From: an uncultured virus (IMG/VR IMGVR_UViG_3300017751_000007)
Taxonomy: Duplodnaviria; Heunggongvirae; Uroviricota; Caudoviricetes
DNA length: 20,000 bases
IMG/VR virus record: IMGVR_UViG_3300017751_000007
Direction: 5' to 3' (one strand)
The notes under the pieces were generated by a model. That model was given only the letters and a program-made list of their open reading frames with translations. It had not been told where the DNA came from and ran no database searches. Positions 1 to 7,286 of the stretch are shown piece after piece. Each line of letters begins with the position of its first letter. Positions within the stretch are counted from its first letter, which is position 1. The position numbers and the translations under genes are program-made.

Positions 1-241
1 GTTGAAATGTAAAGGCACGTAAACAATCTCTTTGGTTTATTATATCGCCCTCAACAATTGAAATTCGTTCTAGTTTCCAATTACGTGTACGATAACTGTA
101 CATCTTTTTCTTGGCACCACCGTCAATTGTACCATAGGTATCTTTATTATCTAAAACGATAACCTCATGGTTCTTTGACAACTCTTCTACAAGCCTAGAA
201 CCAATAAAACCAAAACCACCTGTTACAAGTATCTTTTTCAA
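1..241 (-). CDS. NAD-dependent epimerase/dehydratase (N-terminal part; runs off window)
   Basis: Not in ORF track; hand translation from TTG at 241: MKKILVTGGFGFIGSRLVEELSKNHEVIVLDN...IVEGDI, with extended-SDR motif TGGxGFIG; SD AGGTGAG; TTGA overlap with upstream stop. Confidence 0.9.
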   Translation of the reverse strand, partial: MKKILVTGGFGFIGSRLVEELSKNHEVIVLDNKDTYGTIDGGAKKKMYSYRTRNWKLERISIVEGDIINQRDCLRAFTFQ

Positions 242-480
242 ATCTCACCTTTCATAATCTTTATTTGTTCATTCTTAAAATCTCTACGTTCTTTTCTATT
301 GATGTATTCTGCACCACCTTTTTTGAGCATGTAATACTCTTTCTCTGTGATGATATGCCAACTGTCTGTTGTAATTAATTTTCTATTGAACCTATCAAAT
401 GACTCATCAATATAACGCCATCTGATTTTGTTTTCTGTTGGATGTTTTTCGTAAAATTTAGGCCGTACTTTCTTTTGCAT
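238..480 (-). CDS. hypothetical protein
   Basis: ORF 238..555 trimmed to MQKKVRPK at 480 (GAGG upstream), which shortens the overlap with the upstream gene. Confidence 0.7.
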   Translation of the reverse strand: MQKKVRPKFYEKHPTENKIRWRYIDESFDRFNRKLITTDSWHIITEKEYYMLKKGGAEYINRKERRDFKNEQIKIMKGEI

Positions 481-1042
481 GTTGTATTCCCTCACTGTAC
501 CATGTAGGCATTTTGCCTGGAGATTTCCATGAGGCAAAACTACGCTTGTGTTCAATGTAATATTTTCTGTAAGAACCTACAACGTCACCTGGTATTTTGC
601 AATCATCTGGCATAGCAGGTGTTGGGTCTGTAGGTAGTTTGTTTAGTGATATATTTTTAGGTGGATACATCAATATCTCTTTTAGTAAAGTGATAGTTGA
701 ATGGTCTTTTACATGACCATAACGTAACTTGAATTGGTCGTTAAGAGCAATCATGTGTTTGTATAACCAGTGATAGTTGTAAGCATTTTCCATAACCCAT
801 AATGTACTAGGGTGTCCTGTGTGACACGCTTTGTACAATACATTATCCATGTTAGAATTAGGATGACGCCAACGTTTGATATTTCTACCTGTCTTGGTCT
901 TGCCTGTGTATTGTGTGCCATCAATCATACGGTGTGCTGTTGATAACATCTGTGCTGATTCTACAATCATCTTAACTACATGTTTGTCAATAAGCATTGT
1001 AGCTGAAATGATTGGGTCTTTGTGTACGTAAAATATATTCAT
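458..1042 (-). CDS. pyrimidine dimer DNA glycosylase / DenV-like (Pyr_excise) family protein
   Basis: MNIFY...DKHVVKMIVESAQMLSTAH, HPSTLW, PAMPD, YRKYY motifs typical of this family in marine T4-like phages. Confidence 0.75.
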   Translation of the reverse strand: MNIFYVHKDPIISATMLIDKHVVKMIVESAQMLSTAHRMIDGTQYTGKTKTGRNIKRWRHPNSNMDNVLYKACHTGHPSTLWVMENAYNYHWLYKHMIALNDQFKLRYGHVKDHSTITLLKEILMYPPKNISLNKLPTDPTPAMPDDCKIPGDVVGSYRKYYIEHKRSFASWKSPGKMPTWYSEGIQHAKESTA

Positions 1043-1239
1043 TAATGTGACGCCTTTCTAAAGTAATCCATTGCGTCATATTTTCTACAAAGTTTTTCTA
1101 GTACACCATACCAGAAGTTTTTAGACCAATCAGTAGTAGAAGACTTACAAGTGTTTTCTGCGTTTGTAATTCTACGTGCTTGGTCTGGTGTTAAGTGTGA
1201 TGTTGAAGTCATACGTTTTATATCCTCGCTGTGTATCAT
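1042..1239 (-). CDS. hypothetical protein
   Basis: 65 aa ORF with TAATG coupling to next gene; alternative start at 1212 (MTSTS) preceded by GAGG. Confidence 0.7.
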   Translation of the reverse strand: MIHSEDIKRMTSTSHLTPDQARRITNAENTCKSSTTDWSKNFWYGVLEKLCRKYDAMDYFRKASH

Positions 1240-1248
1240 TATGTTGGT

Positions 1249-1277
1249 ATCCTATCATATTCCTACTCGGTTGGCAA
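1249..1277 (-). promoter_or_regulatory. sigma70-like (early/middle) promoter
   Basis: TTGCCA-N17-TAGGAT with extended TGn, in an intergenic gap. Confidence 0.65.
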
Positions 1278-1286
1278 GCTCTTTTC

Positions 1287-2339
1287 TTATGGTTTTGTTG
1301 ATTGTTCATTCCAATCCATAATCTGGTCCATTTTTATACGTATTTCGTCAGGATCCAGACCTAGAGCCTTCATTTCTTTCTTACCCATTGTACCAAAAAA
1401 CTTCTCATAATCTCTATTTTTTAGGTCTCTGGCGCCTAGTTTTTTAAAAAAATCTCTATAAATTTTTTGTTCACGTTTGAGATTGGCCGCTCTAGTTTTT
1501 GCTGATAAAGTTTGTTTCTTCGTTTTCTTAATTTCGTTTTTAAGTTCGCCTTCAACGTCTTTCTTTTCTTCGGCGATTTTACTTTCTTTTTCATGTTTTC
1601 TAGTCCTCAATGAAATATTAGCTGCAATCAACAACAATACTGCCAATGGGTCAAATACGAATATCAATACTATTATTACCCACCTGACAGCCTTGTCAAA
1701 GTGGTCTTGTGCATTTTCACCATATATCAACTCTGCAATATATTTGATAGGTCCTACTTCAGCCTCTATCTTATCTTGTGCTAATTGTAATACACCTTTT
1801 TTGTCGGATAATTCTGTTATCTTATCACTAGCATTATTAATTGCAAGTGTTAAGGCGTCTCTTTCAGGTTTTTGTTTTTCTCTTTCTTTAAGACCTCTTG
1901 TGACATATTCCATGTCAACATATTTCTCTAATGCCTTGTCTAATAGAGTTAAAGTCTTTTGAGACCTGTATATAATTATATTCTGTTGTTTGATTTGATT
2001 ATCTAACAACTCTATTTTAATATTGTTACTTGATTGTGGTTGTACTTGGTCAAGGTGTGCCTTTGATAAGAAACCAAAGATACCCATAGATGTGATAAAG
2101 ACTAATACTATAACGGCAAATGTAAGATAGGCCTTTATAGTTTGTGGTACAAGTTTATTGTTCCAGTTATTATACAACCAAGAGGCGGCTACAAGTTTAC
2201 CAACCTCTAATGCACTACCCATAGCAATAATGGGAAGCACTGCTCCTGCGAATAATGTGGCAAGTCCCATAATAGAATAACCAGCGGCTATTATAGATAT
2301 AGAAATCGCACTAATGAAAGTTATGAATATTGTTAACAT
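1287..2339 (-). CDS. membrane protein with ~3 N-terminal TM segments, coiled-coil and a further TM segment
   Basis: Hydrophobic N-terminus, LEVGKL, TSMGIFGFLSKAH, EVGPIKYIAELIYG, FVFDPLAVLLL; family familiar from large phages, function unknown. Confidence 0.8.
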   Translation of the reverse strand: MLTIFITFISAISISIIAAGYSIMGLATLFAGAVLPIIAMGSALEVGKLVAASWLYNNWNNKLVPQTIKAYLTFAVIVLVFITSMGIFGFLSKAHLDQVQPQSSNNIKIELLDNQIKQQNIIIYRSQKTLTLLDKALEKYVDMEYVTRGLKEREKQKPERDALTLAINNASDKITELSDKKGVLQLAQDKIEAEVGPIKYIAELIYGENAQDHFDKAVRWVIIVLIFVFDPLAVLLLIAANISLRTRKHEKESKIAEEKKDVEGELKNEIKKTKKQTLSAKTRAANLKREQKIYRDFFKKLGARDLKNRDYEKFFGTMGKKEMKALGLDPDEIRIKMDQIMDWNEQSTKP

Positions 2340-2344
2340 GGTTA

Positions 2345-2352
2345 TATTTAGT
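2345..2352 (-). promoter_or_regulatory. possible T4-type late promoter variant (ACTAAATA)
   Basis: TAAATA core 5 nt before the ATG at 2339; no SD upstream. Confidence 0.4.
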
Positions 2353-3019
2353 TGTATTCTTTTTGTATCTTCCTGATAATAGACCTAACTTTACCAAAAT
2401 AGTTTTTATCAGAGGCATAAGCATCCAATGTTTCAACTAATGGAAATGGGTCATCAACACCTATAGTGTCTCTTAAATTTTGATAATCACCAAAGGCACT
2501 ACCATTGTTTAAGATATTCATATAGTGTAAAACAGAATCACATTCATGTGAATAAACTTTTACACCCCACTTTTTAGGATTGTTTGACGGTAACATATGT
2601 GGTTCTCTCAAATCATATGTACGTATGCCAAATAAATTCTTACCCTCTTTGGCAAACCTAGATGTACCCCAACCACTCTCTAAAGCCGCCTGTGCTAGTA
2701 ATAGTTCATGGTTTACTGGTAATATATCTGTAGTGGTGTTCTCAATATAATGAATACACCCACGTACACTGATTAAAAAAGTTTGATTACTATTATGTTC
2801 AAAGTCTGGTTTTTCAACCAATATTTGTTCTACATCAAACTTCTCTTCTGTTTCAACTATCTTGTTTACGTCTTCTGTTGTAAGGTCTTCTGGTAGTTCA
2901 TTTGCTTCTGGTGGTGTACCATAGGTTAACCACGCTATTAAAGCTATAACAGCAAGAACGCCTGCAATGGTAAAAAACTTTTCAAAAGCCTCTTTGATTC
3001 GGATTAATGATTTTCTCAT
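2348..3019 (-). CDS. glucosaminidase (GH73, Bax/FlgJ-like) peptidoglycan hydrolase with N-terminal TM anchor
   Basis: LAQAALESGWGTSRFAKEGKNLFGI and C-terminal YASDKNY motifs; TM segment FFTIAGVLAVIALIAWLTY. Confidence 0.85.
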   Translation of the reverse strand: MRKSLIRIKEAFEKFFTIAGVLAVIALIAWLTYGTPPEANELPEDLTTEDVNKIVETEEKFDVEQILVEKPDFEHNSNQTFLISVRGCIHYIENTTTDILPVNHELLLAQAALESGWGTSRFAKEGKNLFGIRTYDLREPHMLPSNNPKKWGVKVYSHECDSVLHYMNILNNGSAFGDYQNLRDTIGVDDPFPLVETLDAYASDKNYFGKVRSIIRKIQKEYN

Positions 3020-3351
3020 TATCTACCTCTACGTACTATGAATTTGTTTCTACTTATATGTTTTTTACGAGCAATGTAATCGTAACCACCATACACATGA
3101 CCCTCTTCATCTGTAAATTCAGGTAGTTTTTTTTGAAAGAACATTAGGTCAGGTTGTAATTTCTTAATCTTACCAAATATTTTTTCAGCCTGTTTTTCAG
3201 TGAAGTTATCATATACATCTTTTGCCCATTCGCCAGAATAGTATAATAGTTGTTGCTCGTCTGATTTTATGAAGTTTTTTAACATGTCTGGCACTTTGCC
3301 AATAATGTTTTTGAGGTGGTGGTCTAGTTCTTTAGTCTTTCGCTTACTCAT
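3019..3351 (-). CDS. hypothetical protein
   Basis: 110 aa ORF, SD GGAGG, TAATG coupling to glucosaminidase gene. Confidence 0.75.
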   Translation of the reverse strand: MSKRKTKELDHHLKNIIGKVPDMLKNFIKSDEQQLLYYSGEWAKDVYDNFTEKQAEKIFGKIKKLQPDLMFFQKKLPEFTDEEGHVYGGYDYIARKKHISRNKFIVRRGR

Positions 3352-3377
3352 TATGTAATCCTCCCAGGATTGTTATA

Positions 3378-3686
3378 TTATAAATCTGCAATTTTGAATT
3401 TTCTGATAACGTTCTTTGTAGGTATAACTGTTGTGTTACCACCATCTGCCAAGTCACCATTCTCTTCATAATTGTAGTCACTCATCAATACATGTACTTG
3501 TCTATCTTCTTTTACCAACCAACCAGTTGATACACAGATAGCAGGTTTCATGTTTTGAATTTCTTTCATTGTTTTCCAACCAGCGTCGGATTGAATATCC
3601 TCCCAATACACCAAATAGAAATCATATGTAAATGGTATCTCTGGTATATCGTACTTTAGTTTTTTGCTAGTTGGTTTCTTTGCCAT
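3378..3686 (-). CDS. conserved phage hypothetical protein (small beta-rich)
   Basis: VYWEDIQSDAGW...CVSTGWL...TVIP pattern seen in a common phage family. Confidence 0.75.
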   Translation of the reverse strand: MAKKPTSKKLKYDIPEIPFTYDFYLVYWEDIQSDAGWKTMKEIQNMKPAICVSTGWLVKEDRQVHVLMSDYNYEENGDLADGGNTTVIPTKNVIRKFKIADL

Positions 3687-3689
3687 ATA

Positions 3690-4016
3690 TTATGAACATT
3701 CCTTATCAGTGATTTTACTATCTTTCAATAGCAAACACTTATGTTTACTGTCAATCTCTTGTCTTAACTGAGCAGTGATGGTTTCCATAATCATAGGTAA
3801 ATTCTTTTCCATATGGTCTGCAACTTGCAAAGCAAAGATAGCAAACATTTTTTGTAGTTCAGCTTCAAACACTGACATGTCAACATTATTACCTTGTACT
3901 TTTTGTGTGATAACGTGACCAACTACGGCAGTATTATAATCATCTGCTTTAGCACAACTCACCACTGACCAAGAGGCCAAGTAAATTGCGAAGAAGATTA
4001 ATACTAATTTTTTCAT
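3690..4016 (-). CDS. hypothetical secreted protein
   Basis: MKK + hydrophobic stretch + AKA signal-peptide-like N-terminus; SD AAAGGA. Confidence 0.75.
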   Translation of the reverse strand: MKKLVLIFFAIYLASWSVVSCAKADDYNTAVVGHVITQKVQGNNVDMSVFEAELQKMFAIFALQVADHMEKNLPMIMETITAQLRQEIDSKHKCLLLKDSKITDKECS

Positions 4017-4046
4017 TATATATCCTTTGTTATTATTTATGGTACC

Positions 4047-4074
4047 ATTATACAGGTTCCGACAACAAAGTCAA
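4047..4074 (-). promoter_or_regulatory. sigma70-like promoter
   Basis: TTGACT-N16-TATAAT in a 127 bp intergenic region; CATAAATA (late-like) follows at 4034-4041. Confidence 0.75.
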
Positions 4075-4124
4075 GCACTTTCTTTAGCTAAAAAGACTTA
4101 TTTTACTGTGTTTTGTAGTGATTT

Positions 4125-4139
4125 GTTCTATTTTTGTTC
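4125..4139. promoter_or_regulatory. putative alphaproteobacterial LexA (SOS) box
   Basis: GTTC-TATTTTT-GTTC (GTTC-N7-GTTC) within direct repeat TTTGTTCTA x2, ~50 bp upstream of the -35. Confidence 0.5.
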
Positions 4140-4143
4140 TAAA

Positions 4144-4674
4144 TTAGACAGGATAAGACGGTCCTTTTTCAATTTTAACAAAATTATCGTCCCAATTGAA
4201 CGCTTCCTTAACCACTGCTTCAGTTAAACCTTTATACTTCTTATTAAGAACCTTGTCTTTCATATTTAAGAGTACGTTTGCCTCGTCAACATGTAATCCT
4301 TCTAGGATTTGTAAGAACATAGTTTCTTTAGATACTTTTTTAGTTCCATCATCTGCACCTTTGACAAAATGCCATAGTTTTTTTGATTCTGTTCTCAACC
4401 AACTATGTTCGGTACCTGCTGGTACTTCATTTGGTATAAATGGTGGTGTGCCTTTTGGTAAATCCCATACAATGTTAGGGTCAAATGCACCTTTTAAAAT
4501 CATTCTTAAATGTGGACTATCGTTTTCTTTTAAAACGGCAATCTTTTTAGGTTTATCTTTTGCGTTGTTTACTTTTGTTAAAATTTCTGACAACAATGGT
4601 TCACTTGAACCAGAGGTTGATTGCATGGCTGTCATTGCAGCTTTGCTTATTAGATTTGGGTTTTGTTGTACCAT
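4144..4674 (-). CDS. conserved T4-like phage protein (DUF6433-like)
   Basis: LLSEILTKV...ILKGAFDPNIVWDLPKGTPPF...ETMFLQILEGLH...KDK motifs; SD GGAG; late promoter upstream. Confidence 0.75.
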   Translation of the reverse strand: MVQQNPNLISKAAMTAMQSTSGSSEPLLSEILTKVNNAKDKPKKIAVLKENDSPHLRMILKGAFDPNIVWDLPKGTPPFIPNEVPAGTEHSWLRTESKKLWHFVKGADDGTKKVSKETMFLQILEGLHVDEANVLLNMKDKVLNKKYKGLTEAVVKEAFNWDDNFVKIEKGPSYPV

Positions 4675-4713
4675 GATTAATTCTCCAATTTGTTTAATAA
4701 TTTCATACTAGTA

Positions 4714-4721
4714 TATTTATA
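4714..4721 (-). promoter_or_regulatory. T4-type late promoter TATAAATA
   Basis: Exact gp55 consensus, intergenic, 40 nt upstream of the ATG at 4674. Confidence 0.75.
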
Positions 4722-4733
4722 CATGGAGGATAA

Positions 4734-4810
4734 TGAGGCGGACAGAAAGAAAGGTAGATATGAAAAAACCTTGATGGGATAAACTAATAAAACCATCGGT
4801 GTCCGCCTCA
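4734..4810 (-). ncRNA. candidate three-way-junction structured RNA with anti-RBS segments
   Basis: Perfect 11 bp GC-rich outer stem (4734-4744/4800-4810) enclosing two adjacent 5 bp hairpins (4751-4755/4768-4772; 4773-4777/4793-4797); no U-tract. Confidence 0.55.
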
Positions 4811-4821
4811 AAATTAAAGGG

Positions 4822-5142
4822 TTATGCTGATACAGCGTAACCTTGTGAACCAAACAAAGCAGTTTGACCAGCTGCGATAACAGCTTTTGATGGTGTTCCT
4901 ACTCTGTAAGATACTCCAGCAGATGTTCTATTTTCATAAATCATCATACCTTCGTTTCTTAATTTACCAACCATTGCAGCTGGTGATTTAAGGTCAAATG
5001 TGTTTCTTAGAGTCTTCCAAGTAACAGAATTACCTTTTGAGAAAAGATTTCTCACTTTTGTCGTTTTTGACATTTTAGTTCTAGCCATTTTAACATCTCC
5101 TTGTTTTTTAGCGTTTAACTTATTCATAATGTATTTTAGCAT
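4822..5142 (-). CDS. small basic winged-helix-like DNA-binding protein
   Basis: KVRNLFSKGNSVTWKTLRNTFDLKSPAAMVGKLRNEGMMIY...YRVGTPS; two in-frame starts (5142, 5088), each with an AGGAG SD. Confidence 0.65.
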   Translation of the reverse strand: MLKYIMNKLNAKKQGDVKMARTKMSKTTKVRNLFSKGNSVTWKTLRNTFDLKSPAAMVGKLRNEGMMIYENRTSAGVSYRVGTPSKAVIAAGQTALFGSQGYAVSA

Positions 5143-5218
5143 AATTGCTCCTCAATTGCGTTTAGTCGCCACTATTCAACAAGACATATCGTACATTTGT
5201 AGTATGCTCGTCTGAATT

Positions 5219-5692
5219 CTATAATTCATCATCAGGAGTGAACATGTCACCACCATCTTGTAGGTGGTTCAATTCATCTTTTATATCCTTTGACAAAGGT
5301 CTTGTAGTTTTTGGTCTTGTTTCATCCATCAAACTACTATAATCTATTTTGGCACTCTTATGTGTACCGTCTCTCATTGTTTTTAATTGTACCATTTTGG
5401 TAGATAACAATTGAGCCGGATGAGCCATATCAAAATCTCTGTACACTAAACCTCTAATACTGTCTATCACTATCGCAAGGTCTTTTGTAAAGTTATCATT
5501 CTTTGTGCGAATACCAATGTCAACAAATTTACGTAAAAGGTCAAAAGCAATGTCATCAACGGAGTGTTCAACAAATTCTTTAGTCTGTTGTTTCTTAATT
5601 TGTTTAGCATACTCTGTTTCTTGTCTTTTAGTTTTGACTTCACGTACTATTTTATCTGTTGGAAAAAATATTAGATTATCGTTATCACTCAC
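5219..5692 (-). CDS. hypothetical protein
   Basis: 157 aa ORF, GTG start overlapping glutaredoxin end, SD GGGAG. Confidence 0.8.
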   Translation of the reverse strand: MSDNDNLIFFPTDKIVREVKTKRQETEYAKQIKKQQTKEFVEHSVDDIAFDLLRKFVDIGIRTKNDNFTKDLAIVIDSIRGLVYRDFDMAHPAQLLSTKMVQLKTMRDGTHKSAKIDYSSLMDETRPKTTRPLSKDIKDELNHLQDGGDMFTPDDEL

Positions 5693-5957
5693 TTATTTTT
5701 TCTCCCTTGAAATTCACTTTACCTTGTTTGGCAAAATGTTCTACTAATTGATTATAACCACCAATCAGTTCGCCATCAATTTTAATTTGAGGCATTTGTC
5801 TAACATTCTTACCAATGTCTTCAAGCATTGCTTGAGGTGAATCAAAGGATTCTAAAGCCTTCTCTGTGTATTCTAAACCAAGGTTTTTAACTAACGCCTT
5901 TGCTTTATTACAATACACACAGTTAGACTTTGAGTATATGATTATATTACTGGACAT
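5685..5957 (-). CDS. nrdC: glutaredoxin (NrdC-like)
   Basis: IIIYSKSNCVYC...RQMPQIKIDGELIGGY; start set at MSSN (5957). Confidence 0.9.
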   Translation of the reverse strand: MSSNIIIYSKSNCVYCNKAKALVKNLGLEYTEKALESFDSPQAMLEDIGKNVRQMPQIKIDGELIGGYNQLVEHFAKQGKVNFKGEKISE

Positions 5958-6585
5958 CTTTCTTCTCATTGTTTTCAACCACTTTCTTAAACGCTTCAGA
6001 AGACGCCTCTTTTAAATTATAAGAGTCTGTTGCTTCTTCAATCGTGTAGTGGAACATTTTATTAAACTCGCCCATTGGTAATCTTAATCCTATCCATGCT
6101 CTATAATAACCATTACTAGTCATTGTAACATCTTGTTCAAAGATTTCATAACCTCTAACTTTAGTTTCTTTGATAATATTTACCAAAGTAGATTCTACAT
6201 CTGATACTACAGTTTTAGTTTGATTCTTACCAAGTTCGGTAATAAATTGTTTAGATTGTTTATTCATTTCACCTTTGATAATATCAGCTAACTCAGCCTT
6301 TGCTATCATTTTACCTTTTTCTATTGCAAGATTAAGGTCAGGCGAAACAGCAGTTCCTACGCCAAAGATACATACTTTACCGTCATCATCTGTTTTAATA
6401 AGACCGTTGTCTGCCATAAATGACATATCACAAGCCTTCTTCTCGTTGAAGTCAGCCATGTACCACTTTGGTACTTTAGTCAACTTCTCTTTGTCCTCTT
6501 GGACAATCTTGTAACTGTTAGTAGAACACGCCGACATTAATGCCAGAGCCGATACTAAACCAATTACTTTCACATTTTTCATCAT
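5947..6585 (-). CDS. LPP20-like lipoprotein
   Basis: Lipobox LMSA-C; VPKWY, FGVGTAVSPDLNLAIEKGKMIAKAELAD pattern. Confidence 0.75.
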   Translation of the reverse strand: MMKNVKVIGLVSALALMSACSTNSYKIVQEDKEKLTKVPKWYMADFNEKKACDMSFMADNGLIKTDDDGKVCIFGVGTAVSPDLNLAIEKGKMIAKAELADIIKGEMNKQSKQFITELGKNQTKTVVSDVESTLVNIIKETKVRGYEIFEQDVTMTSNGYYRAWIGLRLPMGEFNKMFHYTIEEATDSYNLKEASSEAFKKVVENNEKKDVQ

Positions 6586-6608
6586 TTTATATTACTACTC
6601 TTTCTTTT

Positions 6609-6752
6609 TTATACATTTTCAGATACATCATACACTAGTTCTTGGATAAAGTCAATGCTGGATTGAACAATTCCCAAAATCTGTTGTTTATCAACGATTC
6701 CACTGTTGTATAATATTACCAATAACGCAATGATAATGATATTTTTTATCAT
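6609..6752 (-). CDS. small membrane-anchored protein (47 aa)
   Basis: Below ORF-track cutoff; MIKNIIIIALLVILYNSGIVDKQQILGIVQSSIDFIQELVYDVSENV; TAATG overlap with upstream stop. Confidence 0.65.
   Translation of the reverse strand: MIKNIIIIALLVILYNSGIVDKQQILGIVQSSIDFIQELVYDVSENV
6627..6655 (-). promoter_or_regulatory. sigma70-like promoter inside the 47 aa ORF
   Basis: TTGACT-N17-TATGAT, ~40 nt upstream of the lipoprotein ATG. Confidence 0.65.
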
Positions 6753-7141
6753 TATTGTACCTCCCATTCGCCGTTAGCGTTCAGGCAGACCTCTCCGAAT
6801 GATTTAAAGGCATGGCCTGGTCGTGCATACTTACGACAATATTCTGGTTGTGTTGTATCATGGTAATAAAATTGTGCAAACAAATCCCAATAACCAGGAC
6901 TTGCTGGATTCTTTCTACCATCAGCACAGTTCAGAATTTCTTTTTTGTATATTGTATCACCAACTTGTGTTATTTCAACAGTGATGTAACAATATTGACC
7001 ACCAGTATCTTCTGGTTTAATAGTTTTAATCTTGCTATATACGACTTCCTCTGCAATTGCCATTTTACATAATAAAAGTATTGATATAATTAAGGCTGTG
7101 TAAAACATATACACTTTCATAGATTTTCTAGGGTCTTGCAT
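6752..7141 (-). CDS. secreted Cys-containing protein with 17-kDa-antigen-like C-terminus
   Basis: Signal peptide ending AIA; C-terminal YCRKY...FGEVCLNANGEW. Confidence 0.7.
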   Translation of the reverse strand: MQDPRKSMKVYMFYTALIISILLLCKMAIAEEVVYSKIKTIKPEDTGGQYCYITVEITQVGDTIYKKEILNCADGRKNPASPGYWDLFAQFYYHDTTQPEYCRKYARPGHAFKSFGEVCLNANGEWEVQ

Positions 7142-7286
7142 TTTTTAAACTCTCTATTGATTGTTTAGTATTATACACTTCTTCCTCATATAAGGCAAGC
7201 GTGGATGGGTTATTCTCAAACTCCATCAATTCTTCTTTTTCTTTGACTTCTTTTTCTAGTCTTTTTATATGTTCTATTCTACTCAT
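7128..7286 (-). CDS. hypothetical coiled-coil protein
   Basis: Start trimmed to MSRIEH (ATGA overlap with upstream stop). Confidence 0.65.
   Translation of the reverse strand: MSRIEHIKRLEKEVKEKEELMEFENNPSTLALYEEEVYNTKQSIESLKNARP

Noticed and set aside
4733..4774. Plus-strand micro-ORF MRRTERKVDMKKP preceded by GGAGG
   Set aside because: SD spacing only 3 nt, opposite to all local transcription, no plus-strand promoter seen; better explained as the complement of anti-RBS RNA, though not excluded
4734..4810. Interpretation as a tRNA or intrinsic terminator
   Set aside because: Only two internal arms, no T-loop/D-loop consensus, no U-tract after the stem
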